Part shown: piece after piece, positions 38,331 through 52,368 of the stretch | How positions within the stretch are numbered: position 1 is the first letter of the stretch | How the letters are laid out: each line of letters starts with the position of its first letter | DNA from: the human T2T-CHM13v2.0 reference genome, Homo sapiens | DNA: 64,000 bases | Reading direction: 5' to 3' (one strand) | NCBI RefSeq assembly: GCF_009914755.1 | Contig: NC_060935.1 | Program-made: the position numbers and the translations under genes | The notes under the pieces: generated by a model | Told to the model about the DNA's origin: nothing | The model's input: the letters and a program-made list of their open reading frames with translations, nothing else | Database searches by the model: none

Positions 38331-38650
38331 TGAAGTTCCAAAATTAATTATTACCTATGGAGGAAATAGCTGGTATATAACTGGCAGATGGTGTTTACTA
38401 TGGTCCTGTGTGACCAATCCCAGTTTCTTGTCTTACTGTAAAGAGAGCATTTATTGCTTTCTCATAACCAACTCTTTTCACCTCTTCTCTTTCCTCATTA
38501 TGCATTCAAATGTTATATTCATGGAAGTACCACACATTTTAAGTTTGTGTTTGTAATCTTTTTCTTGCCTATGTTGATTATGTGGGAGAATTGATCTTAG
38601 TATTCCATACTGTTTATAGATGCTAATTGTTTTCTCCTTATTCTTCATAG

Positions 38651-38769
38651 TCTTTAGTAGCTTTCCCAAAACTCAAACGGCAAGTTTTGTTGTATGAACC
38701 TCAAGTCAACTCACCCAAAGACTTTACAGAAGGTACCCTCTTCTCAGTGAACCAGGAGTTCAGTTTAAT
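38651..38769 (+). CDS. CUL5: Cullin-5 exon 17 (SLVAFPKLKR...QEFSL+2)
   Basis: tcatag|TCTTTA ... AAT|gtaagc; 119 nt. Confidence 0.96.
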
Positions 38770-39420
38770 GTAAGCTCGTTAGTTGATCTAAAATAAAAAC
38801 ACCTTGTTTGAATTTTAGCACTTTGTTTTTTGCAAAATAATTGTTTTCCTTACATTATATTTAAAACATTATATACTGTCATCACTCTAAACTTACATCA
38901 TTTAGTTGTTTATGGAAAATATTAATCAGATGTTTACTTTTCTATATTTTTCATTGATACATTTTTGGTCTCTGACATTATACTGTATTGCATTTCATCT
39001 TTCAGGTTGATATCTTTTTGTGCTCTAAAGCAACTTTATTCAGAGAAAGCGTTTTTTGTGTTGTTTTGTTTCGTTTTTGTTTTTGTTTTTGTTTTTGTTT
39101 GTTAAGACCCAGTTAGGCAATAACACTGAATCCTAACCCATATATCTTCAATTAGCTAGTCACTTTCATGGCAATATAAAATATTAACTTTGTTTTTACA
39201 GAGAATGTAGTCACTTGTTTTATTAACAGGTTAGTTATCATGTTTAAGGAAAATACATAGAGTTTGTTTTAAAGCAATATGTAGGTTATTTGTCATTTAA
39301 CCTTTAAACAGTTCTGATATTTTAGCATATTTTTAAATCTTTTCTCTCAGACATTGTTGCTATAATAGGATTTTTAAAGTGTTTTTCACCATAAAATACT
39401 TGATGCAATTCTTTTTGTAG

Positions 39421-39544
39421 AAAAAATGCAAAGGTTCAGAAAAGGGGTAAAATCAACTTGATTGGACGTTTGCAGCTCACTACAGAAAGGATGAGAGAAG
39501 AAGAGAATGAAGGAATAGTTCAACTACGAATACTAAGAACCCAG
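39421..39544 (+). CDS. CUL5: Cullin-5 exon 18 (KNAKVQKRGK...RILRTQ)
   Basis: ttgtag|AAAAAA ... CAG|gtttgt; 124 nt. Confidence 0.96.
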
Positions 39545-40019
39545 GTTTGTAATGTTGACAGAATGTCTGAAGTTTAAAAAAACTTTAGTTTTTTTTTTTT
39601 TTTTTAAATTTTGAAATCTTTTTTGAATTTAAAAGCATGTAGGGGCTAAGTGCAGTGGCCCACACATAATCCCAACACTTTGGGATGCTGAGGCAGGATT
39701 TCTTGGGCAACAAAGTGAGATCTTGTCTCAATCAATTTTTTAAAAATATATTAAAAATTTCCATTCCAGTTGAAATATGAATTCCAGTTTCATATTCCAT
39801 TGTAATGTGAAATTAGGAAACTTATTTAGAACCAAAAAAGTTCTCTAATATTCATTTCTTCTTTTAAAAACAGTTTAAAACTAGGATTAAGACCTTCTGA
39901 ATATAATAAGTAACACCTACACATGATTGTTTTAATTTTAGAAATAGTCCTTTTAAAACCAAATTTTTCAACTTTTACTATTTTCATTTAATACTATTTG
40001 AAACTTCTGGCCAGTGTAC

Positions 40020-40321
40020 TTTTTTTTTTTTTTTTTTTGAGACAGGGTCTCACTTTGTTGCCCAGGCTAGAGTGCAGTGGCACCATCTTAACTCACTGCA
40101 GCCTCAACTCCCTGGGCTCAAAGGATCCTCCCACCTCTGCCTCCGGATTAGCTGGGACCACAGGCATGCGCCACCACACTCAGCTAATTTTTGTATTTTT
40201 AGTGGAGACAGGGTTTTGCCATGTTGCCCAGGCTGGTCTCGAACTCCTGGGCTCAAGCAATATGCCTGCCTCGGCCTCCCAAAGTGCTGGGATTACAGGT
40301 GTGAGCTACCATGCCCAGCCC
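40020..40321 (-). mobile_element. AluJ
   Basis: Antisense dimer; TSD ccagtgtactttt. Confidence 0.87.
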
Positions 40322-41277
40322 AGTGTACTTTTTAAAATATAAAACAAGACGAAAAGATTAAAAATGCATATTACCTATAGATCATGTAATAGGATAATGT
40401 GGCAGAGAAAAGATGAATGAATAAAAACCAATTGCATTTCTATGGGGCAATAAATAAAAGGAGAATAAAATAAGAAAAATACATACACATTTTTTAAAAA
40501 GTACTGTGTAGGAGCTGTATGAAAAGAGTGGCCCTTTACTGGGAGATTCAGAAGGAGAGTTGAATAAATAGAAAGGTTGAGCTCTTTTTTTGTTGCTAAA
40601 ATTTTTAGTTGTAATTTAGACACAATGGAATGTATCTTTCAAAGTATAATTTTCAGTGAGTTGTGATAAATATATATACCTATGTGAACATTACCCAATT
40701 AAGATACAGAACATTTGTGTCACACCAGTCATCTTCCCATGTTTCCAGGCAGGCTCTCCGCCTACCCCAGCTGATTCTTATTACCATCACTTAGTTCTGC
40801 CAGTTCTAGGTTTTCATATAAATGGAACCAGACAGTATGTACTTTTATGTCTGACTTTTTTTGCTCAGCATGAAAAACTATATTCTTCCATTAAAGGTTG
40901 AATAACTTAAACAAAAAAAAAATTTTTTTTTTTTTTTAATGGACTCAAGCGATCCTCCTTCAGCCTTCCCAGTAGCTGGGACTACAGGCACATGCCACGG
41001 CACCTGGCAGCTAGGCTGAATAACATAAAAGATTGGTTTTTCTGATATTAATATCAAGTTCAAAATTTTAAAATTTCACATGAAAATTCAACTAGGAATA
41101 TTTTTGGAATTTTACAAATTGTTTTTTTATCAGAATAAATAAGAATGATTGAGAAACTTAAAAAAATAAAAAAAAGGTGGTAGTGGTGGAACTTGCCCTG
41201 CCAAATACGAAAATATTTTAAAAATCTGTAGTAATAAAACAGTATGGCAAGAAGATTAATTGAAGAAAATAACTTTA

Positions 41278-41590
41278 GGCTCGGCGCGGTGGCTCACACC
41301 TGTAATCCCAGCACTTTGGGAGGCCGAGGTGGGCAGATTGCCTGAGGTCAGGAGTTCAAGACCAGCCTAGCCAACATGTTGAAGCCCTGTCTCTACTAAA
41401 AATACAAAAACTAGCCAGCTGTGGTGGCGCATGCCTGTAATCCCAGCTACTTGGGGGTGCTGAGGCAGGAGAATTGCCTGAACCTGGCGGGCAGAGGTTG
41501 CAGTGAGCCTAGATTGCGCCACTGCACTCCAGCTTGGGCAATAGAGTGAGACTCCATCTCAAAAAAAGCAAACAAAAACAAACAAAAAAC
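41278..41590 (+). mobile_element. AluS
   Basis: Full dimer. Confidence 0.9.
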
Positions 41591-41765
41591 CTTACTCTGT
41601 AAGTATAGAAGAATTTATACAATAAAGGAAATAATTTCTATGACCTATGGAAAGAAAATGAATTATTCACTAAGTGGTGTTGGGAAATTTTTCTGTTTGG
41701 AGGAAAAGTAAGAAGATATTCGTAGCTATGCCAGGATAAACTCCTGGAGTAAAGAGTTGAAATGT

Positions 41766-42052
<287 letters not shown>

Positions 42053-43023
42053 GAGTTGAAATGTATAAGCGGGTGTAGTCGTACGATAAGATGTGCAGAG
42101 AAATTGAAGTTCTTTTGTTTTGTCTTAATGTGACCCATAATTATGTACAATCCAATAATCTAAGCTGTCTTTAGGTAATGCTCAGACTTTATTTCCTCCT
42201 GATCCTACTCCATTCATCCCCATTCATTGCTATTTGCATAGGTGGCATCTGGATATATTGAGTGTGAGAGGGATTTGCTTGACTGGTAATGACAGTAAAG
42301 GGAGTGTCATATCTATGCAGTTATGACAGTGTCCTGGATTCTTGCTTTTGGCAGCTATGAAGTAGTTGATTATCTTTGGGAATTTGGCTTTCTGTTGGTA
42401 ACTGCTGCTGTTGTCTACAGCAGATGAATTTATGGTTCATTCTTTTTCTAGTTGCTAAGGGCCCCATGGCCTCTTCCCTGCTCTCTTTCCCCTGCTCTTA
42501 CTGAGCTCTTGAAGCCTCTGAGACTCCACTACATCTTCTGTGTGGCTCCTTGGCCTACATGGCACACTGTCATTGTTCTCTGCAGAATAATGACAGGATC
42601 ACCTTGCCCTGTCATTAAAGGCCCTGTGGCAGGTCCATTAGCTCGAAACTCTTGCTGTCACACTTGGGAACTGAGGGAGAGTCAGAAGTGCAGATTATTT
42701 CCCTCATACTGTGCTACTCTTTAAGTGACCTCCAGCATATCAAATGGGGACCAGGGCCAGTGTCCCTCTGCTCTCTTTTCCTCTTAGGTTCTCTAACTAC
42801 CACCTTCACCTCTATCTAAGGAGAAACTGGGATGTTTACAAATGCCTCTGCTTTTCCTCTGGGTTCCTGTAATCTTCAAGTGCCTGAAGGAACACACTTT
42901 CCTTCTTCCTTCTTCCTCTCTGAACCCCTGACATAAACCCCAATTTATGATGATCAGGAGCCTGGTATCTGAATACCATCAAGGGTGAGAGGAATTCACT
43001 TGACCTTCTGGTGTCATCATATC

Positions 43024-44111
<1,088 letters not shown>

Positions 44112-44827
44112 ATATACATGCCTTTTGTTGGGTAAAGAGAGAGCTGGTACTGGAAAAGGTAAAAGAGAAAAGAATATTTAATGATTTTCTGATAACTCTT
44201 ATTGTAAACTTAACAGTAATTAAGGAAATCATCAAGAAAAATTTTGATAAAATGACCTAGATGAAAAAGATTTATTTCTTTAGAAACTTAAAAGTGACTG
44301 GGCATCGTGGCTTACACCTGTAATCCTAGCACTTTGGGAGACCGGGGCAGGGGAGTATTTGAGTCTGGGGGTTCAAGACCAACCTGGACAACATAGCAAA
44401 ACCTTGTGTCTGTATTTAAAGAGAAGAAGGGAAAAAAAAAAACCTTAAAAACATTTAATTGAGTCAATATAAACTGAAGATAATATTTGTAGCAAATATA
44501 ATTAATTAATCTGGTAAATATATAAAGAGTACTACTTAATGACTTTTAAAACAGACCCCACCTGACCTGTACTGCTATACAAAGAAATAACTGAATACAA
44601 GGGAAAAATTTGGTGTAAGGGGTTTGTTATATTTTAATTAATGTTTAACATGATACCAGGTTATATACACATTGTTTTCACAGGTAAGATAACTTTTAAG
44701 AATGTGAATGGCATGGGAAAAAAGGAATTGAAGGAAATAATATTAAAACATTAGGTGTAGTTTTCTTTCAGCAGAGAAGCAGAGGTAATTTTGCTTTTCC
44801 TTATTTTTCAAAATCTCTATAGTCAGA

Positions 44828-44990
44828 TTTTTTTTAAATACATACTTTAAGTTCTGGGATACATATGCAGAATGTGCAGGTTTGTTACATGGGTATACAC
44901 GTGTCATGGTCATTTGCTGCACCCATCAACCCGTCATCTACATGAGGTGTTTCTCCTAATGCTTATCCCTCCCCTATCCCCCCACCCCAA
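44828..44990 (-). mobile_element. 5'-truncated L1PA 3' end
   Basis: tactttaagttctgggatacat.tgcagaatgtgcaggtttgttacat...cccatcaaccc. Confidence 0.85.
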
Positions 44991-45206
44991 TAAGCAGATT
45001 CTCTTTTATGGGGCATGAGAAAACAAAAGATGTTTTTATTTGTTAAGTAAAAGATACTAGTCTCAACATTAATCCCCTAGTGATTATTATTCATTTGGGT
45101 AGATGTTGGATAGAGGATGAATATGCATAAAAAGTCATTTTTCAGTTTGTTGTACTTAAAATAATTTCGTATATTAATGCGCTTTTATTTTTATTTTTTC
45201 TTTTAG

Positions 45207-45401
45207 GAAGCTATCATACAAATAATGAAAATGAGAAAGAAAATTAGTAATGCTCAGCTGCAGACTGAATTAGTAGAAATTTTGAAAAACATGTTCTTGC
45301 CACAAAAGAAAATGATAAAAGAGCAAATAGAGTGGCTAATAGAGCACAAATACATCAGAAGAGATGAATCTGATATCAACACTTTCATATATATGGCATA
45401 A
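45207..45401 (+). CDS. CUL5: Cullin-5 last exon, coding part (EAIIQIMKMRKK...TFIYMA*): winged-helix/neddylation domain; K724 codon 45228-45230
   Basis: ttttag|GAAGCT; 64 codons then TAA at 45399-45401; IIQIMK cullin neddylation motif. Confidence 0.98.
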   Translation, partial: EAIIQIMKMRKKISNAQLQTELVEILKNMFLPQKKMIKEQIEWLIEHKYIRRDESDINTFIYMA

Positions 45402-48400
45402 TTTTGAATATCATGGACAATATTTAGAACCCAAATTTTGGAGTGCTTGGGCAGAAAGTTGTAAAGTTTGTGCTGGAGAAAGGTTTATTTGGACTTTGAT
45501 TACATAAATATTAAAATCTCTGCCTTACCTTACAAAAACAACTATATTTTGCCAATCACATTAGTTAGCATGATGGCATTCCCTTCATGTTGCACACTCT
45601 TTGACAGCATGCTGTTTTGTGGAGAAACTTGCATTCATGAAGAGCCCATTATCAACTTTTAAAAGTGAATTTGATTTGTACCCACCAGGAGAAATACAGT
45701 TGGGAAGGGTGAGGGTGGGGTTCTTGTTGCTTTTTTCTCTTTTTTCCTCTCTTAAAAAATGTACTTGCACAAGGAAGGATCTTCAGATATTCATGCACTG
45801 AAAAATGCTGTTATCTTTTGTTTTTAAAAAATGCAATTAAAACTAGAAATAGCACTCTTGGTTTCTTTTGATGAAAAGAGTGAGCTGGTCAATGCAACAT
45901 TGGGAAACGGCAGATGTAGGTGAGAAGTTAAGTATTTAATAGTATCAAATTGTTCAAACATTGCTCAGTATAATAACTGGATTTTAATGGTGACCTAAAA
46001 ATGGTATTAAATATTTTCAACTTTCAAATGTTGGTTTTCTTTAAGCAGGAGACTGCTATTTTAGTTGTTGTTAAATGATGAGGAGTTTTTTTTTTTTTAA
46101 ATATGGCTGGAAAGCTTGTTTTGAAAAATGAAGCTTATATTAATTGTTGCTTCAATAGTTTAAAAAATTTATGGAGATAGGTAGGTCATTATGATTGCAG
46201 AGCCAAAATAGCAAAACAAACATATTAAGTGTGTTTACTAAACATATTGTGTGTTTACTAACACACTTAATGTTTATATACCTAATATTTATTATGCCAT
46301 ATCTGAATTTATTAAAAACAACACAGAAATCTCCTGCTCTGATATAGTTATGTAACTGATCTCTTAATCTGTAGCATAGAAGTATTTTGGTATTTTAAGG
46401 TCTCATGATTAGGGATTTGTAGCCTCAGGTTTGAATCAGTCACCTAGGGGTAAGAGAAAAACCACAACATAAGACCTGAAAAACAGAAGCAAAATTGTTG
46501 CACTCTTAATACGAGCAGTAAACTTGCCAAATATATGTACATATATATTTATATATTTTAAAAATAAACATTTTTTAAATCGTCAGAAGGCAACATTTAC
46601 CATGTTCCTTTCAGTCTATCCAAAGTAGCAACTTAACTAGTTGCTGGCAACTGAATACCCAGAGTAGTGGAAATTTTAGGACTTGAGGACGTGAACAACT
46701 TGAAAGAGAAAATTGATTCCCCTTGAGGAAAGAATGGCTCAACGTGGATTTTTATTCATTGTGGTGCACGTTTCAAATTTTCTTGCAAATTATTTTATAT
46801 CTTATTTGATGTTAAGTAATATTTTTAAAGTATGGTTTTTGAAGATAGTAGGAAATGGAGTACAGAAAGGCATACAGTATTATGTTACAGTGGAGTGCTT
46901 TCAAGAGCATTTCGTAGGATCTGTCCCCATCCGAAGAGGCTTTGTGAACTGCCTGCTGAATGGAAGGAAAGCAACTTTAAAACATTTAGAGTTTTGCTGA
47001 GTATAGCCAAATGCCTGTTCTGAAACTTATAGGAAATTGGAATTTTGTTTAAAATTTTACACTTTAAGGTAGCAAATGTCAATTATTAGACCGAGCATAT
47101 TGTGAAGAATTAAACTAAAATTAATACGTACAGTTTTCTCTAATTAGGTGACTGTTCATAATGGGTATATTTGGAATTTAGAAGAAATAATTTTGTAGTA
47201 ATTGTGGCCCTTATGTTTAACAGATAATTCAGCATTGGCGTATTTGCTTGTCCCAATACAAGAATGCCAAAGGAGGAAACAGGAAAAATTGCCGTCCATT
47301 TTAAAAATTTAGGTTTGTTGTTTTAAACCATAATTGTTCTCAGAACTTTTTTGGAACTTCTAATTTTGGGTCATTTAATTTAAGAATGAGAGTCATGATG
47401 TTTTGATTTATGAAGGTGAATTTAATGCAAAAGTGGGTAACACTACATTCATAGCAAAGTTTTTTATTAAATTTTATAAATTTTTAATAGCCAATTATGT
47501 CCTAATTGTATTTTGGGGAATGAACAGCAGCAAATACTGTAAATGTACAGTTTTCTTTTTTTTTTTTTTTGGTTATGTATACAAAAGTTTTAACTACTTT
47601 TTGGTGTTTATGAAAATCATTTAGTTGACAAGGTGCCTATGCCATTGTTAAATTTTCTTTAAGTAATTTAACAACAGATTTGCTAATTTAAAAAAAAATG
47701 AAAAAAAAAATCTTACCAGCAGTTTGTAAAGGTCTGGAATCACAGTTGGCATCCTTTATTCAGGTCTCTTCTCTCCAACGTACACTTAAAATTGGTGCCG
47801 AGCAGGGATATAACCTGCAGTTAAGTGAAAAGAAAATCCAGCCTCCCCCTCCAAAAAAAAAAAAAAAAATTTAATTTTTAAAAATTAGTGGTATGGCAAT
47901 AAGACACTTCAGAGGCTATCTTAACCTCTGAATACCCATCTTCTAGTTTAAAGACAGAGACATCCCATCTGGAAAATGTTAACTTGTGTTGCCATCTCGT
48001 TGCCGGAGTAAGTAGACATAAGACAGAGTTTAAGAAGTAAAAATATAGAAAAATTTTGATGGTCACAATGAGATAAATATTAGAATATTACTATTCCAAT
48101 GATTAAATGAGGATCTTGAAATAAATTCTGAAGTCTTCCAATTTTTACATTTATTGGAGGGGTCCCTGAGTTCTGTCAACTTTTTTATTTAAGTCTCTTG
48201 CTCTTATTTTGTGCATAAATGTTAAACCTTCCAAAAATGAAATGTTAGCTTTCTTTCTTTTACTTTTTATTAAATTTAATAGAAAATATGACCTGAGTAG
48301 TTAAAAAGTATTTTGCATTATTTGCAGTAAGATGTCTCTAGCACTGCTCAAAGGGCAAATTTTAAAACTTCAGTCTGGGTGAAAGATTTGCTAGTTTTAC

Positions 48401-48785
48401 AGAAAGATTTGCTATCTTAAACTCAAGCTGGTTTTTCTGTTCTCATGTAAGTGACTGGGATGCTGTCTTATGAATTCTTCCAAGGTCATGTTTGTGAAAT
48501 AAACATTACATGAGAGCTTTCCTGTCATCTACACTATATGTTGTCTGGAGTGTTGAACAAATTTATTTTAGTTTCTAAGTTGTAATCTATCCTCATATGG
48601 TCTATACGATTTTGAATGTGTGCCACTACATACTGAGATGATAATGCTGTACAATTTTAAGTGGTAGCAGTTTCTGTATGCAGTAGGCTGAAATATTTTG
48701 ATGAACTGCTTAATTTTTGGATTTTATTTTTTAAGTTGTATAATTTATTTTCTTGCAAAATAAAAATGTAATATAAAAGCTTTTA
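45402..48785 (+). other. CUL5: CUL5 3'UTR (~3.4 kb, AU-rich, repeat-free)
   Basis: Follows the stop codon; no Alu until 49135; ends near AATAAA at 48759. Confidence 0.8.
48759..48764 (+). terminator. Distal polyadenylation signal of CUL5
   Basis: AATAAA preceded by several TGTA (CFIm) motifs and U-rich sequence; other AATAAA at 46563, 48120, 48498. Confidence 0.7.
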
Positions 48786-49134
48786 CCTATCCAGAAAATG
48801 TTGATGTTCTACTATAAAATAGTTACAAAGAGTTTAATTAAAATTTTTATAGTAGGTATATTTTTAAATTTGAAGGTAAATTAATCTCAGCCAGCCTTAG
48901 GAATCAGAAATATGAAAAGTAACCCACTTATTTATATTAGACTTCAAATTCTAATTCAAAATGAGAGCAGTCAGGAATGTAGCTTTTCCACTGATGATAG
49001 CATGTGGCTATATGCCTGGAAGAGGTAATAAAAAAAAAAAAATTCCAACCTGAAAGTGGTTAATATATTCATCAACTAAGATAGGCTATGTCATAACAAA
49101 ATTCAAATTTTATAGCAGATAAAAGTAAAAAATG

Positions 49135-49812
<678 letters not shown>

Positions 49813-49995
49813 TGAAATACTTATTTTTAAGCTAGAAATAGTTTGGCAATAAGGTTGTGAAACTGGACAGATAATAGCAATTAGTTACTGATCAAGTGAA
49901 CAATTTAATAATCGAAAAAACTCTTGACTATAAGAAACTTGAATTGCATACAGGGACTTAATTACCCAGAGGAACTAAATTTAAAAGAAATTTCA

Positions 49996-50270
49996 GGCTG
50001 GGCGCGGTGGCTCACACCTGTAATCCCAGCACTTTGAGAAGGTGAGGTGGGCAGATCACTTGAGGTCAGGAGTTCAAGAACAGCCTGGCCAACATGGCAA
50101 TACCCCATCTCTACTAAAAATACATACCTGTAATCCCAGCTACTCAGGAGGCTGAGGCATGAGAATCACTTGAGCCTGGGAGGTGGAGGTTGTAGCAAGC
50201 TGAGATCGCACCACTGCGCTCCAGCCTGGGCAACAGGGCCAGACTAATTCATTCATTGATTCATAAATAA
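49996..50270 (+). mobile_element. AluS with internal deletion
   Basis: Dimer lacking the start of the right arm. Confidence 0.85.
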
Positions 50271-50717
50271 ATGTTATAGAGCTCCTTTACATTGAGGGAT
50301 CATTTCTTGTTCCTACTGTAGTAGTCAATAAATGTTTTGGACAACTGGATGGAGGAACACATTTGACTTCATAACGACTCTAAACTCAACCTTGGACTTA
50401 AACTGGCATTTGGGAGTTTGGGGTTGGGGGAGGAGTTGACTTGGAAATGAAGCTAGAGAAGGTATTTTCTCAGTATAAAATTTCATCTGAACCAAGAAAC
50501 AGATTTCATTTAAACCAAGAAATAAGCTTAAGCTTTTGGGCCCCTTGTACAAGGCTCTGGGAGGGGGAGCCCTACAAGTTTTGTATTTTCTTAAAGAGGG
50601 TCCTCAAAATATCAAGTTGGATTCAGCCCTGTTAAACCTCAGTGTAAAAAGGGCACATAGTAGGACTGAATGAATGATAGCACATGTGCCTGAGAATATA
50701 GTTCAATGTTTTAGTTC

Positions 50718-51117
<400 letters not shown>

Positions 51118-52191
51118 TGACAGTGTACAACCCAGAGCAGGGTGACAATTTAGATTAACAATTGATGGTGAGAGTTGAGTTCTAGACTTTTGTGAACATC
51201 TGATTAAAGCAAAATACATGCATATAAAAATATAAACAAGTGCATATATAAATGTTAAGAGTTAACACACCCAAGCTTAGAAATCTTTAATAGTGATGTC
51301 CTGGAGTGCGTAAAATGAGTAACAGCTTGCTTTGTGGATTGGTCATGGCCTAACTTCAGGAGCGCTGATCCAAACTTTGATTTGCTCTACTTATCTAGAG
51401 AATAACAGAAGACTTCTCTGAGTGTTAATGGCTTCTTCCTATTTTACTTAATAATAAAGGAAATAGAGTATTTCCTTTTTTCCTTTATTATGCTGTAATT
51501 ACTGAGCCAGACTGATACTGTTTAGATTTTTCTTCAGCAGTGGTTGATGGTCGAGGTGTGGCTCACACCTCTAATCCCAGCACTTTAGGAGACTGAAGCA
51601 GGAGGATCACTTGAAGCGAGGTTCAAGACCAGCCTGGGCAGCATAGTGAGGCCCCCATCTCCACAAAAATGTAAAAATTAGCCAGCGGTGGTTGGTTGCA
51701 CAAACCTGTAGTCCCAGCTACTCAGGAGGCTGAGGCTGCAGTGAGCTGTGATTGTGCCACTGCACTCCAGTCTAGGGAACAGAGTGAGACTCTGTCTTAA
51801 AAATAAGTGGAACTTGGGAATACTTTAACATGTTGTTTTCCCATGGCTGCTAAATGTATAATTATTAATATTTACCCCTACTCTACCTTATCTCCTAAAT
51901 TCTCAGTAGATGATATTGCTTTGAAAAAATAAACAGAGAAAATAAGGCCTTCAGGCATGAACTCTTAACTTGCCTTTTCTCCACCTGTAAACTTTACCTC
52001 TAATCATGTACATCTTCATCTGCCTGCCTGTCTCAGAGGAAGAGATCACCTCACTTGTTGCTCAAGACCAACTATTTTATCTTTTTCTGAATTCCATCCT
52101 CTCCTTCCCTCTGTGTTTTGCCTTTTAAATATCTCCATCGCATAAATGTTTCAAACATTCTTCTTTTGGATATTTTTTTCTTCGCCTACTC

Positions 52192-52368
52192 CAGTGGCTC
52201 TCCATTTTGGTCCACAGACCGGCAGCATTGTCACTTGTTGGAAGTGTAAGTTCTTGAGCTCCACCCTAGACCTACTCAATCAGAAACTTGTTCAGGTGAA
52301 GCCCAACAATCTGAATTTTAAGAAGCCCTCTAGGTGGTGCTGATGACAGTCAAGTTTGAAAATCACTG
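52192..52368. mobile_element. MER5A (hAT-Charlie)
   Basis: cagtggctctcc...ccctagacctact.aatcagaaact...gtttgaaaatcactg. Confidence 0.75.

Noticed and set aside
45468-47624. Small ORFs in the CUL5 3'UTR (e.g. 46713-47000)
   Set aside because: Mostly non-ATG starts, no recognisable homology; expected by chance
47986-48006. CTCF-like motif on the - strand in the 3'UTR (CGGCAACGAGATGGCAACA)
   Set aside because: Mismatch at a highly conserved core C; too weak to call without ChIP data
48381-48414. 13-nt direct repeat gaaagatttgcta in the 3'UTR
   Set aside because: Only two copies; consistent with a small local duplication
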